From contig JAHCSE010000006.1 of assembly GCA_018609195.1 (NCBI GenBank), positions 1 through 59,172 on the forward strand: 59,172 bases of DNA, read 5' to 3'. The stretch comes from Patescibacteria group bacterium. GTDB lineage: Bacteria > Patescibacteriota > Minisyncoccia > Minisyncoccales > RBG-13-36-15. The position numbers were made by a program, and so were the translations under genes. Below the pieces are notes generated by a model. The model saw nothing but the letters and a program-made list of their open reading frames with translations. It searched no databases and was not told where the DNA came from. This document shows positions 17,032 through 24,899 of the stretch, one piece after another (position 1 is the first letter of the stretch; each line of letters opens with the position of its first letter).

Positions 17032-19521
17032 TTAAATCACGAAGTTAATTAATTTTCCTGGGACGAAGATTGTTTTTTTAAGGTTTTTTCTTTCAATCCA
17101 TTTTTTGATGTTTTCTTGGGCTAAAGCTAATTTTTTAAATTCCCTTTTAGAAATGCCTATTTCAGCTTCGATTTTCTCCCGAACTCTGCCATTAACCTGA
17201 ATGATAAAAGTGACGATTCCCTCTTTGACTAATTTTGGGTCATGCTTTGGCCACTTTTGATTATGAATACTGCTCTTGAAACCCAATTGACTCCAGATTT
17301 CTTCTGTTAAATGGGGAGCAAAGGGAGAAAAAATCTTTAAGAAATCTTTAAAATCCTTTTTTCCTAATCCCCCTTCCTTATTTGTCTGCCAAGCATTACA
17401 AAACTCCATCAGCGAACTCAAGGCTGTGTTAAACTTCAAAGATTCAATATCTTCTGAAACTTTTTTCATAGTTTTGTGGAGTAGTTTTTTTAAATAAGAA
17501 GAGCCTTTAGGTTTCTGAGTAACAAGAAATTTTCCAGTTAATTTCCAAACCCTTTCCAAAAACCTCTTAGCTCCCTTCACTCCTTTCGTATCCCAAGAAA
17601 TTGTTTGTTCAAAAGGTCCCATAAACATCTCGTAAACTCTCAGGGTATCTGTGCCGTATTCTTTTATAACCTGATCAGGATTTATCACGTTTCCCCTGGA
17701 TTTTGACATTTTAATTCCCTTCTCTCCCAGAACAGTTCCGTGAGAAGTTCGTTTCTTATAGGGTTCAGGGCCAAGAGACTTGGGTACCGCTTTAATATCC
17801 CACAAAAACTTGTAGATAAAACGAGAATATAACAAATGTAAGGTAGCGTGCTCCATGCCTCCGTTATACCAATTGACTGGCATCCAATATCTGAGTAATT
17901 TTGGGTCTGCTAATCTTTTTTCGTTTTTAGGGTCGCAGTAGCGAAGGTAATACCAATTGGAACCTGCCCAGTTTGGCATAACATCAGTCTCTCTTTTGGC
18001 TAAACTACTGCATTTTGGACATTTTGTGTTGATCCATCTTTCAACGGCTGCCAAGGGGGACTCTCCCGTCTGAGTGGGCTGATATTTTTTAACAGAGGGA
18101 AGCTTAACTGGCAAATCCTTTTCAGGAACAGGCTGCCAGCCGCACCTTTCACATTGAATCATTGGAATTGGTTCTCCCCAATATCTTTGGCGAGAAAAAA
18201 TCCAATCTCTTAACTTATAATTAACAGCCTTTTTGGCCAAACCCTTTTTGGCCAGCCATGCAACAATTCTCTCTTTGGCAATTTCTGATTTCATTCCATT
18301 AAATCTGCCAGAATTAATTAATATTCCTTCTCCCTCATAAGCCCTTCCATACGGAGTCCCGTTATAGAGACTTCCGCGTTGTGAAGCTGACTGCCGAAGG
18401 CGTCCTTCCGCGTTGTTCTGAGGCTTTATAACTTCCAAAATGGGAAGGTTATGCAGCTTGGCAAAATCAAAGTCTCTTTGGTCATGAGCGGGTACTGCCA
18501 TAATGCCGCCTGTTCCGTAGTGAATTAAAACATAATCTGCCACAAATATGGGAATTTCCCGATTATTGACAGGATTGATGGCTTTTATTCCTTTTATCTC
18601 TACCCCCATTTTTTCTTTCATTTCGCTTATTCTTTCTCTCTCTGTTTTCTTTTTGGCTTCCTCAATATATTTTTTCACAAATTTATAATTTGTAATATGG
18701 GGTTTGAAATTTTCAATCTCTGGATGTTCCGGCGCCAAAACTAAATAGGTTGCTCCAAACAGAGTATCAGCTCTCGTGGTAAATACAGGTATTCTAAATT
18801 CTGAGTTCTGGATTCTAAATTCAATTTCTGCTCCTTCTGATTTTCCTATCCAATCTTTCTGTAAAACTTTCACTCTTTCCGGGTAATCAACTCTGTCTAA
18901 ATCTTGAATTAATCTTTCTGCATATTTGGTGATTTTTAGCATCCACTGTTCTTTTTCTTTTTTGGTAACTCTTTCCCCACAACGTTCACAGCTGCCATCA
19001 ACTACCTCTTCGTTGGCCAAACCAATTTTACAGCTCGGGCACCAATTAATTGGCATCTTAGCTTTATAAGCCAAACCTTTTTTGAAAAGCTGCAAGAAAA
19101 TCCATTGGGTCCATTTGTAATAAGCAGGATCCGTGGTGTTAATTTCTCGACTCCAATCGAAAGAAAGCCCTATGTTTTTTTGCTGGCGTTTAAAAAGGGC
19201 AGTGTTTTTCTTGGTGACAATCCTGGGGTGAATCCTTGTCTTGATAGCATAATTTTCAGTTGGAAGCCCGAAAGCATCCCAACCCATTGGAAACAAAACA
19301 TTAAAGCCCTCCATCCTTCTTTTCCGAGCTACAATATCTAAGGCAATATAGGGCCTGCAATGCCCCACATGTAATCCTTCACCTGAAGGATAAGGAAATT
19401 CAACCAAAATATAGCTCTTTGGTTTTTTAGATAAATCTTTCGCTCGATAAACGCCTTGGATTTCCCAAATTCTCTGCCATTTTTTCTCTATTTTTTGAGG
19501 TTTATATGTTTCCATATTCAA
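17032..19521 (-). CDS. leuS: Leucyl-tRNA synthetase
   Basis: PYPSGEGLHVGH (HIGH), KMSKSRGN, CP1 editing domain, 829 aa. Confidence 0.96.
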   Translation of the reverse strand: MNMETYKPQKIEKKWQRIWEIQGVYRAKDLSKKPKSYILVEFPYPSGEGLHVGHCRPYIALDIVARKRRMEGFNVLFPMGWDAFGLPTENYAIKTRIHPRIVTKKNTALFKRQQKNIGLSFDWSREINTTDPAYYKWTQWIFLQLFKKGLAYKAKMPINWCPSCKIGLANEEVVDGSCERCGERVTKKEKEQWMLKITKYAERLIQDLDRVDYPERVKVLQKDWIGKSEGAEIEFRIQNSEFRIPVFTTRADTLFGATYLVLAPEHPEIENFKPHITNYKFVKKYIEEAKKKTERERISEMKEKMGVEIKGIKAINPVNNREIPIFVADYVLIHYGTGGIMAVPAHDQRDFDFAKLHNLPILEVIKPQNNAEGRLRQSASQRGSLYNGTPYGRAYEGEGILINSGRFNGMKSEIAKERIVAWLAKKGLAKKAVNYKLRDWIFSRQRYWGEPIPMIQCERCGWQPVPEKDLPVKLPSVKKYQPTQTGESPLAAVERWINTKCPKCSSLAKRETDVMPNWAGSNWYYLRYCDPKNEKRLADPKLLRYWMPVNWYNGGMEHATLHLLYSRFIYKFLWDIKAVPKSLGPEPYKKRTSHGTVLGEKGIKMSKSRGNVINPDQVIKEYGTDTLRVYEMFMGPFEQTISWDTKGVKGAKRFLERVWKLTGKFLVTQKPKGSSYLKKLLHKTMKKVSEDIESLKFNTALSSLMEFCNAWQTNKEGGLGKKDFKDFLKIFSPFAPHLTEEIWSQLGFKSSIHNQKWPKHDPKLVKEGIVTFIIQVNGRVREKIEAEIGISKREFKKLALAQENIKKWIERKNLKKTIFVPGKLINFVI
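18343..18420. repeat. GC-rich repeat patch in frame inside leuS (encodes QNNAEGRLRQSASQRGSLYNGTPYGR)
   Basis: 12-bp direct repeat cttccgcgttgt at 18371-18382 and 18405-18416, flanking the hairpin gactgcc-gaa-ggcgtc. Local GC spike. Confidence 0.6.
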
Positions 19522-19538
19522 AGTTTGATATTCTTCAA

Positions 19539-20594
19539 TTATAAAATTATTCGTTTGTTTTTATAATGGATAATAATTTTATGAGAATTTGTAACTCTTC
19601 CAATAACTTCTGCCTCTCTCAAAGAGCTTAAAATATTATTGACATCTGCTTTCTTAACAATTACGGCGAATCCCCAACCCATATTAAATGTCTGAAACAT
19701 TTCTTTTACGTCTATATAATTTTCGAAGAGCTTAAAAATCGGTTGAGGTTTAAAGTTATGAAATTCAAAACCAATTGAGTTTCTCATTAATTTTTTAAAT
19801 TTTAAATAAGCATCTCCGGTTATATGAACAGCACCTAAAATCTCAAATTTCTCAGCAATTTTAAAAAATGGTTTAACATATATTTTTGTCGGTTTTAATA
19901 CCTCATACAGTAAGGGTTTAGATAAACCTTTTAGAATCTCAAAGGTATCAAATTTCCCTCCCCATTTCTTGAAAAGGGTTTTTCTTACCAAAGTTATTCC
20001 GTTTGAATGAACTCCCGAGCTACGAAATCCTATTATTATGTCACCAGGCTTTACTTTCTTTCCAGTAATTATATTTTGCTTTACTACTTCACCAATACAG
20101 TCACAATTAATATGATAAGTGGCATTTAAAAGTTCTGGTATATCTGCTATTTCCCCTCCTACTAATGGGCAACCTGCCTCCTTTACTCCCTTAATCAATC
20201 CTTTTTGGATTTCTCTTAATAATTCAGGTGTTGAGTTTCTCATATCAATCATATCGGTAATTGCTATTGGTTTTGCCCCACATCGGATACAATCATTAAC
20301 AACCATAGCTACAGCATCAATTCCTATTGTGTCGTGTTCATCTATAAGTTGAGATAGTAGAACTTTTGTTCCCACCCCATCACAGGTTTTAACCTGATAT
20401 TTATTATTACCAATTGGATAAAGGAGATTAAAAGGCGTTTTTATTACTTTCCCATATTTGCTCAATTTATAAGTAGATTGAAAATTTTTCAAATGCCTTT
20501 TTGCTTTCTCTCTCAATTTCCTATTTACTCCAGCTTTCCGATAAGTATATTTTTTCGATTTTAAATACGTTTTTGGTATTTTTGGCATCTGCAA
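19539..20594 (-). CDS. purM: Phosphoribosylformylglycinamidine cyclo-ligase (AIR synthase)-like
   Basis: YRKAGVN, DGVGTKV, NDCIRCGAKP, GGEIA, and the PurM N- and C-domain layout. Confidence 0.8.
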   Translation of the reverse strand: MQMPKIPKTYLKSKKYTYRKAGVNRKLREKAKRHLKNFQSTYKLSKYGKVIKTPFNLLYPIGNNKYQVKTCDGVGTKVLLSQLIDEHDTIGIDAVAMVVNDCIRCGAKPIAITDMIDMRNSTPELLREIQKGLIKGVKEAGCPLVGGEIADIPELLNATYHINCDCIGEVVKQNIITGKKVKPGDIIIGFRSSGVHSNGITLVRKTLFKKWGGKFDTFEILKGLSKPLLYEVLKPTKIYVKPFFKIAEKFEILGAVHITGDAYLKFKKLMRNSIGFEFHNFKPQPIFKLFENYIDVKEMFQTFNMGWGFAVIVKKADVNNILSSLREAEVIGRVTNSHKIIIHYKNKRIIL

Positions 20595-20747
20595 ATTTTT
20601 TGAGATCGTACTCTTTCACCTCTTTAAATTATAGCTTTTTTTACTATTCTCCTCCACCAATAATAATGCATCAATTCACCCATATTTTTCTTAATTTAAA
20701 AAGTATGCTCAAAACAGACTGAAGTTTTTCTGTGGTATAATATCAAT

Positions 20748-21563
20748 ATGACAATTACAGAATTCCGTAAATTTATTCTCTCTTGGTACGGGAAAAATAA
20801 AAGGAGCTTCCCTTGGAGAAAGACTTCAGATCCTTACAGAATCCTTGTTTCTGAAGTAATGCTCCAACAGACTCAAATTTCTCGTGTTGTACCCAAATAT
20901 AAAAAATTTCTTCAGGAATTTCCTACTTTAAAATCGCTCGCTCAAGTATCAACGAGAAAACTTTTAAAAACATGGAAAGGATTGGGATACTGGAAGAGGG
21001 CTCTCTTTTTGAGAGAGAGTGCAAGAAAAATTATAAAAGAATACCTGGGGAAATTTCCTCAAGACTCTCGCAGCCTTGAAACTCTTCCCGGTATTGGGCC
21101 TTACACTGCAAAAGCCATTGCCTGTTTTGCTTTCAGAAAAAAAGAAGCTTTTTTAGATACAAATATCCGCAAGGTATACCTTCATTTTTTCTTTTCCAAA
21201 AGAAAAAAGGTCTCAGACAGAGAAATCCTCGAAATTGCCCAAAGAGCTGTACGGAAAAAGAATCCAAAAGCATGGCACTATGCTCTTTTTGACTACGGAG
21301 CCGCTGTTCTCAAAGGCAAAAGAATAAACAGAAAAAGCCTTCATTATTATCGTCAGAGTCCTTTTCAAGGATCTTTTCGATCCTTTCGTACAAAAGCCGT
21401 AAGGCTTCTCCTTTCTCAAAATAAAACATCTCACAAAACTTTAGAATCTTTTCTTGAAAAAGAAATCAGAAAAACACAAAAATCGTACTCTTCAGAAGAA
21501 ATTCTCTTCTCGCTTTTGAAAGATAAACTTATTAAAAAATCAAAAAAATATTATTTTATTTAA
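20748..21563 (+). CDS. MutY-like HhH-GPD adenine glycosylase lacking the Fe-S cluster cysteines and the NUDIX-like C-domain
   Basis: FPWRKTSDPYRILVSEVMLQQTQ, LPGIGPYTAKAI and FLDTNIRKV. There is only one Cys in the whole protein. Confidence 0.75.
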   Translation: MTITEFRKFILSWYGKNKRSFPWRKTSDPYRILVSEVMLQQTQISRVVPKYKKFLQEFPTLKSLAQVSTRKLLKTWKGLGYWKRALFLRESARKIIKEYLGKFPQDSRSLETLPGIGPYTAKAIACFAFRKKEAFLDTNIRKVYLHFFFSKRKKVSDREILEIAQRAVRKKNPKAWHYALFDYGAAVLKGKRINRKSLHYYRQSPFQGSFRSFRTKAVRLLLSQNKTSHKTLESFLEKEIRKTQKSYSSEEILFSLLKDKLIKKSKKYYFI

Positions 21564-22103
21564 ATGAACAAACTAGAAAAAATCGCCAGAGAAATTAAAA
21601 ATTGCAAAGAGTGCAAAAAGAAAAAATCAGGCAAGCCCGTGCCTGGCGAAGGGAATAAAAAAGCGAAAATTCTATTTGTGGGAGAAGCGCCGGGAAGAGA
21701 AGAGGCAAAAACCGGGAAACCTTTTATGGGAAGATCAGGAAAACTTCTTACTCAACTTTTAAATTCAATAAAATTGGACCGAAAAGATATTTTTATTACT
21801 TCCCCTGTCAAATACTATCCGGGAAAGAGAACACCTACTAATAAAGAAATAGACCACGGGAAAATTCATCTTTTAAAACAAATCGAGGCGATAAAACCTA
21901 AATTAATTGTGCTTCTTGGAGCTGTTGCCCACAAAGCCCTCATTGGAAATGTTAAAATTTCTGAAATCCATGGAAAGAAACTTCAGAAAAATAAAGTGAC
22001 TTATTTCTCCACTTTCCATCCTGCAGCCGCCTTGAGATTTCCTTTTATTAAAGAATTCATGAAAAAAGATTTTAAGAAATTAAAGAGAATAATCTCCTTC
22101 TAA
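21564..22103 (+). CDS. Uracil-DNA glycosylase, family 4
   Basis: CKECKKK, FVGEAPGREE and TFHPAAALR. Confidence 0.88.
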   Translation: MNKLEKIAREIKNCKECKKKKSGKPVPGEGNKKAKILFVGEAPGREEAKTGKPFMGRSGKLLTQLLNSIKLDRKDIFITSPVKYYPGKRTPTNKEIDHGKIHLLKQIEAIKPKLIVLLGAVAHKALIGNVKISEIHGKKLQKNKVTYFSTFHPAAALRFPFIKEFMKKDFKKLKRIISF

Positions 22104-22116
22104 GAAGTTGAGGGTT

Positions 22117-22156
22117 GTTGCCTCAGGTTTGACTTATTTATGGAGATTTTATAAGT
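22117..22156 (+). promoter_or_regulatory. Fourth copy of the shared promoter box (GTTGCCTCAGGTTTGACTT, -10 TATAAGT)
   Basis: -35 TTGACT at 22129-22134. The leader ends GAAAGGAGGACGGAGGTAATG, nearly identical to the DUF218 leader GAAAGGAGGACGGTAATG. Confidence 0.6.
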
Positions 22157-22202
22157 TAGTTGTATAAGCACCTTACCAACTCAAGAAAGGAGGACGGAGG
22201 TA

Positions 22203-23303
22203 ATGTATAAGGAGGTTATCAGCCCAATTCTTGATAAACTTGATTCTGAAACATGGCATAGAAGAGCTCGTGAAGCACTTCACTGGACAGAGATTTCTCC
22301 TTTAAGCCTCAAAATTTTAGAGCAATTTACTTATCGAAGGAAGAGATTTACTGACGAAAGACTGAAAGTCTGCTTAGGCGGGGTTGAATTTGACAATCCA
22401 TTAGTTGTCGGTGGTGGTTGGGATAAAGTAGGTAGAGCCGTAAAAGGACTTTGGCAGCTGGGTTTTGCAGGTGTTGAAGTAGGTTCTATCCTTGTCTATC
22501 CTCAGCCAGGTAATCCCAAACCGCGCCAGTTTATGTTGGGTTCAGGAGTTTCTCTGAACAGACTTGGTTTCAACAGCCCTGGTGTGGAAGTTGTAGCTCG
22601 AAATCTCAGAACATACAGAAATAGCAGCATTCCTATTGGAATTAGTATAGGAAAGAATAAAGATGTAGAAGCAGAAGATGCACCTGAAGCACACGCCATT
22701 GTTGCCAAAAAACTCTATCACGATGCAGCTTATTTTGTTATTAATGTTTCCTCTCCAAATACTCCGGGATTGAGAGAACTTCAAGACAAAGGTCCACTAA
22801 CTGATATTGTTCAAGCAGTAAACCAGGTAATGGGGGAAATGGGAGGTAGAAAACCTCTATTTGTCAAAATTGCACCAGAATTAACCAATGAAGCCGTTAA
22901 CGATGTGATTAAAGTAGTGATGGATAATGGGCTCATAGGAATCATAGCGGCCAACACCACCGTTAGTCCAGAACTGAAGGCAAAGTATGGAGAGCGATGG
23001 AGAGATGAAGCTGGAGGACTCTCTGGCGATGACGAAGATTTTAGGAGAATGACAACTGAGAAAGTTGCTCATATTTACCGAGAAACCAATGGGAAGGTAG
23101 AAATTATAGGTGTTGGAGGAGTCAAAGATACTGCAACTGCTTTAGGAAAAATCAAAGCAGGTGCAAGAATCGTGCAGGCTGTCACTGGAATTCGAGGCGA
23201 AGGAACAACATTACCTGGGCGAATCACGAGAGGTTTAGTGAAACTGATGGAACAAGAAGGTATTAAAAATATCAACGAACTTGTAGGCTCAGAAGCTTCT
23301 TAA
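22203..23303 (+). CDS. pyrD: Dihydroorotate dehydrogenase (class 2-like)
   Basis: GFNSPG, NVSSPNTPGLRELQ, AANTT, GGLSG and GVGGV. Higher GC than the flanking genes. Confidence 0.88.
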   Translation: MYKEVISPILDKLDSETWHRRAREALHWTEISPLSLKILEQFTYRRKRFTDERLKVCLGGVEFDNPLVVGGGWDKVGRAVKGLWQLGFAGVEVGSILVYPQPGNPKPRQFMLGSGVSLNRLGFNSPGVEVVARNLRTYRNSSIPIGISIGKNKDVEAEDAPEAHAIVAKKLYHDAAYFVINVSSPNTPGLRELQDKGPLTDIVQAVNQVMGEMGGRKPLFVKIAPELTNEAVNDVIKVVMDNGLIGIIAANTTVSPELKAKYGERWRDEAGGLSGDDEDFRRMTTEKVAHIYRETNGKVEIIGVGGVKDTATALGKIKAGARIVQAVTGIRGEGTTLPGRITRGLVKLMEQEGIKNINELVGSEAS

Positions 23304-23341
23304 TAATCCCTTCAACGACTTGATATAAGTAAATTGAAAAA

Positions 23342-23377
23342 GCGGTGAGGCAATTAGCCAAACCGCCTTTTTGTTTT
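23342..23377 (+). terminator. Intrinsic terminator after pyrD
   Basis: GCGGT...ACCGC stem followed by CTTTTTGTTTTT. Confidence 0.55.
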
Positions 23378-23404
23378 TCAAGGAACCTTGTTTAGTTGGA
23401 GAAA

Positions 23405-24247
23405 TTAAATCTGAAATAACTCTTTTGCATTTTGGGTAGTAAATTCAGCTATTTTCTTATAACTTTCGCCTTTTATCTCAGCAATTTTTTCAGCTACAAA
23501 ACGAACATTAAGAGGCTCATTTCTCTCCCCTCTCGCTTGAGGAAGGAGGAGGTAAGGAGAATCTGTTTCAAGGAGAATTCGATCAAGAGGGATAGCAGAA
23601 ATAATCTCTTTTGGATCCGGAAGTGCAGGAACTTTTTTGAAAATCAAACCATTAAATGCTAAATAAAAACCGAATTCCAAAAATTTTTGAGCTTGCTCCC
23701 CATTTCCAGTAAAACAGTGAATGACGGCTCTTAGTGTTTGATTGTTCCATTGTCGAATAGTTTGAATGAGATCGTCGTGAGCCATTCGACAATGAAAAAT
23801 GACTGGTAAATCCAAAGCTTTTGCTAATTCAAGTTGTTTGAAAAGAGTCTCTTTTTGTTTTTCTTTAAAAAGCTCTAATTTTCTCTTTGTTTTTGGTTTG
23901 TAATAATAATCCAAACCGATTTCGCCGATGGCTACTACCTTAGGATCCTGAGCTAATTTTTTATAATTTTCATAATCAAATTCCTCAGCCCGAGTTTCAA
24001 ATATTGCTTGGGAATCGACTTCAGAAGCATCAACCTTTCTCGCTTCTAAATGAATAGGGTGTAATCCAACAGCCGCAAAGATCCCTTTCTCATACCTCTT
24101 TGTAATTTCAACCGCTCTTTCACTCGTTGAATATTGAGAACCTACATTTATTACCCACATATCATTTTCTAAGGTTCGTTTAATCACTAAATCTGCATCT
24201 GCTTTGAAGGCATTAAAATTTAAATGGGCATGGGTGTCAATTAACAT
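23405..24247 (-). CDS. tatD: TatD-family metal-dependent hydrolase
   Basis: MLIDTHAHLNF, GEIGLDYY, IFHCR and ETDSPYL. Confidence 0.92.
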   Translation of the reverse strand: MLIDTHAHLNFNAFKADADLVIKRTLENDMWVINVGSQYSTSERAVEITKRYEKGIFAAVGLHPIHLEARKVDASEVDSQAIFETRAEEFDYENYKKLAQDPKVVAIGEIGLDYYYKPKTKRKLELFKEKQKETLFKQLELAKALDLPVIFHCRMAHDDLIQTIRQWNNQTLRAVIHCFTGNGEQAQKFLEFGFYLAFNGLIFKKVPALPDPKEIISAIPLDRILLETDSPYLLLPQARGERNEPLNVRFVAEKIAEIKGESYKKIAEFTTQNAKELFQI

Positions 24248-24302
24248 AATTTAAAAAAATTTTATTTTTCATTCACCTCATCGTAACATTATTTTATCGA
24301 AA

Positions 24303-24327
24303 ACAAAAAAGCAGGTAAGGAACCTGC
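24303..24327. terminator. Hairpin terminator downstream of the 24345 gene
   Basis: GCAGGT-aagga-ACCTGC, flanked by an A-run and a T-run. Confidence 0.6.
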
Positions 24328-24344
24328 TTTTCAACGCCCAGAAA

Positions 24345-24557
24345 TTAACCTTGGGTTTTTACTCCAAGTTCAGCTAGAAGTTCGGCTTGAAGTTCGGGAA
24401 GAAGTCTTTCTTGTAACTTCTTTAAACGAGTGCGCTGTCTTGCCTTTTTCTCTGGCGGAGTGCGATTGTTCCTAAGGTTCTCCGCAAGTGAATCCGCTTC
24501 TATACAATAAGCTCTGTACCTTTGTATTAACTCTTGTTTCGTCATCCCCTGTTCCAT
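24345..24557 (-). CDS. Hypothetical small helical protein (70 aa)
   Basis: AGGAGG 8 nt upstream of the ATG and its own terminator. No family recognised. Confidence 0.45.
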   Translation of the reverse strand: MEQGMTKQELIQRYRAYCIEADSLAENLRNNRTPPEKKARQRTRLKKLQERLLPELQAELLAELGVKTQG

Positions 24558-24647
24558 TTAGCTTGCCTCCTTTCGTAAAAGGGCAGGTTTTTTTCTTTTC
24601 CGCTGTTTGAGTAATTTTGGGCATCCTTTATTCCTCCTGTTAAAGAA

Positions 24648-24676
24648 CTAAAAAATCTGGCCTGTCTGGCCAGATT
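24648..24676 (-). terminator. Intrinsic terminator (likely ends the metG transcript)
   Basis: Perfect 9-bp stem AATCTGGCC/GGCCAGATT, followed on the minus strand by TTTTTTAG. Confidence 0.7.
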
Positions 24677-24804
24677 AGCTTTAATTTTACCACAATCTAA
24701 CCAGACATCCTTAAGGAGTCAGATTTACGAAGAGGATGATTAGATTTGTGGCAAAATGTTTCATACTTCTTAAGTAAATATCATTTTCAAAAACCCTTGT
24801 CAAG

Positions 24805-24884
24805 CCCCGTAGTGAAAATTGGACTGCCGTCGGCTCTTTTTGTATTTTGCTTCGCAAAATACATGTCCAATTTCTTCTACGGGG
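24805..24884. mobile_element. CCCCGTAG-type hairpin element (MITE-like), 80 bp, flanked by CAAG/CAAG
   Basis: Arms CCCCGTAGTGAAAATTGGAC and GTCCAATTTCTTCTACGGGG, inner hairpin gtattttgc-ttc-gcaaaatac, and a 4-bp direct repeat at 24801-24804 and 24885-24888. Confidence 0.65.
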
Positions 24885-24899
24885 CAAGCCCCCACCTAT

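Noticed and set aside
24472-24624. A 50-codon minus-strand ORF (MPKITQTAEKKKTCPFTKGG...) with a good AGGAGG SD, overlapping the 70-aa ORF in another frame.
   Set aside because: It is too short and compositionally uninformative, and it overlaps the start of the longer ORF, which has an equally good SD. It could be a leader peptide but cannot be supported from sequence alone.
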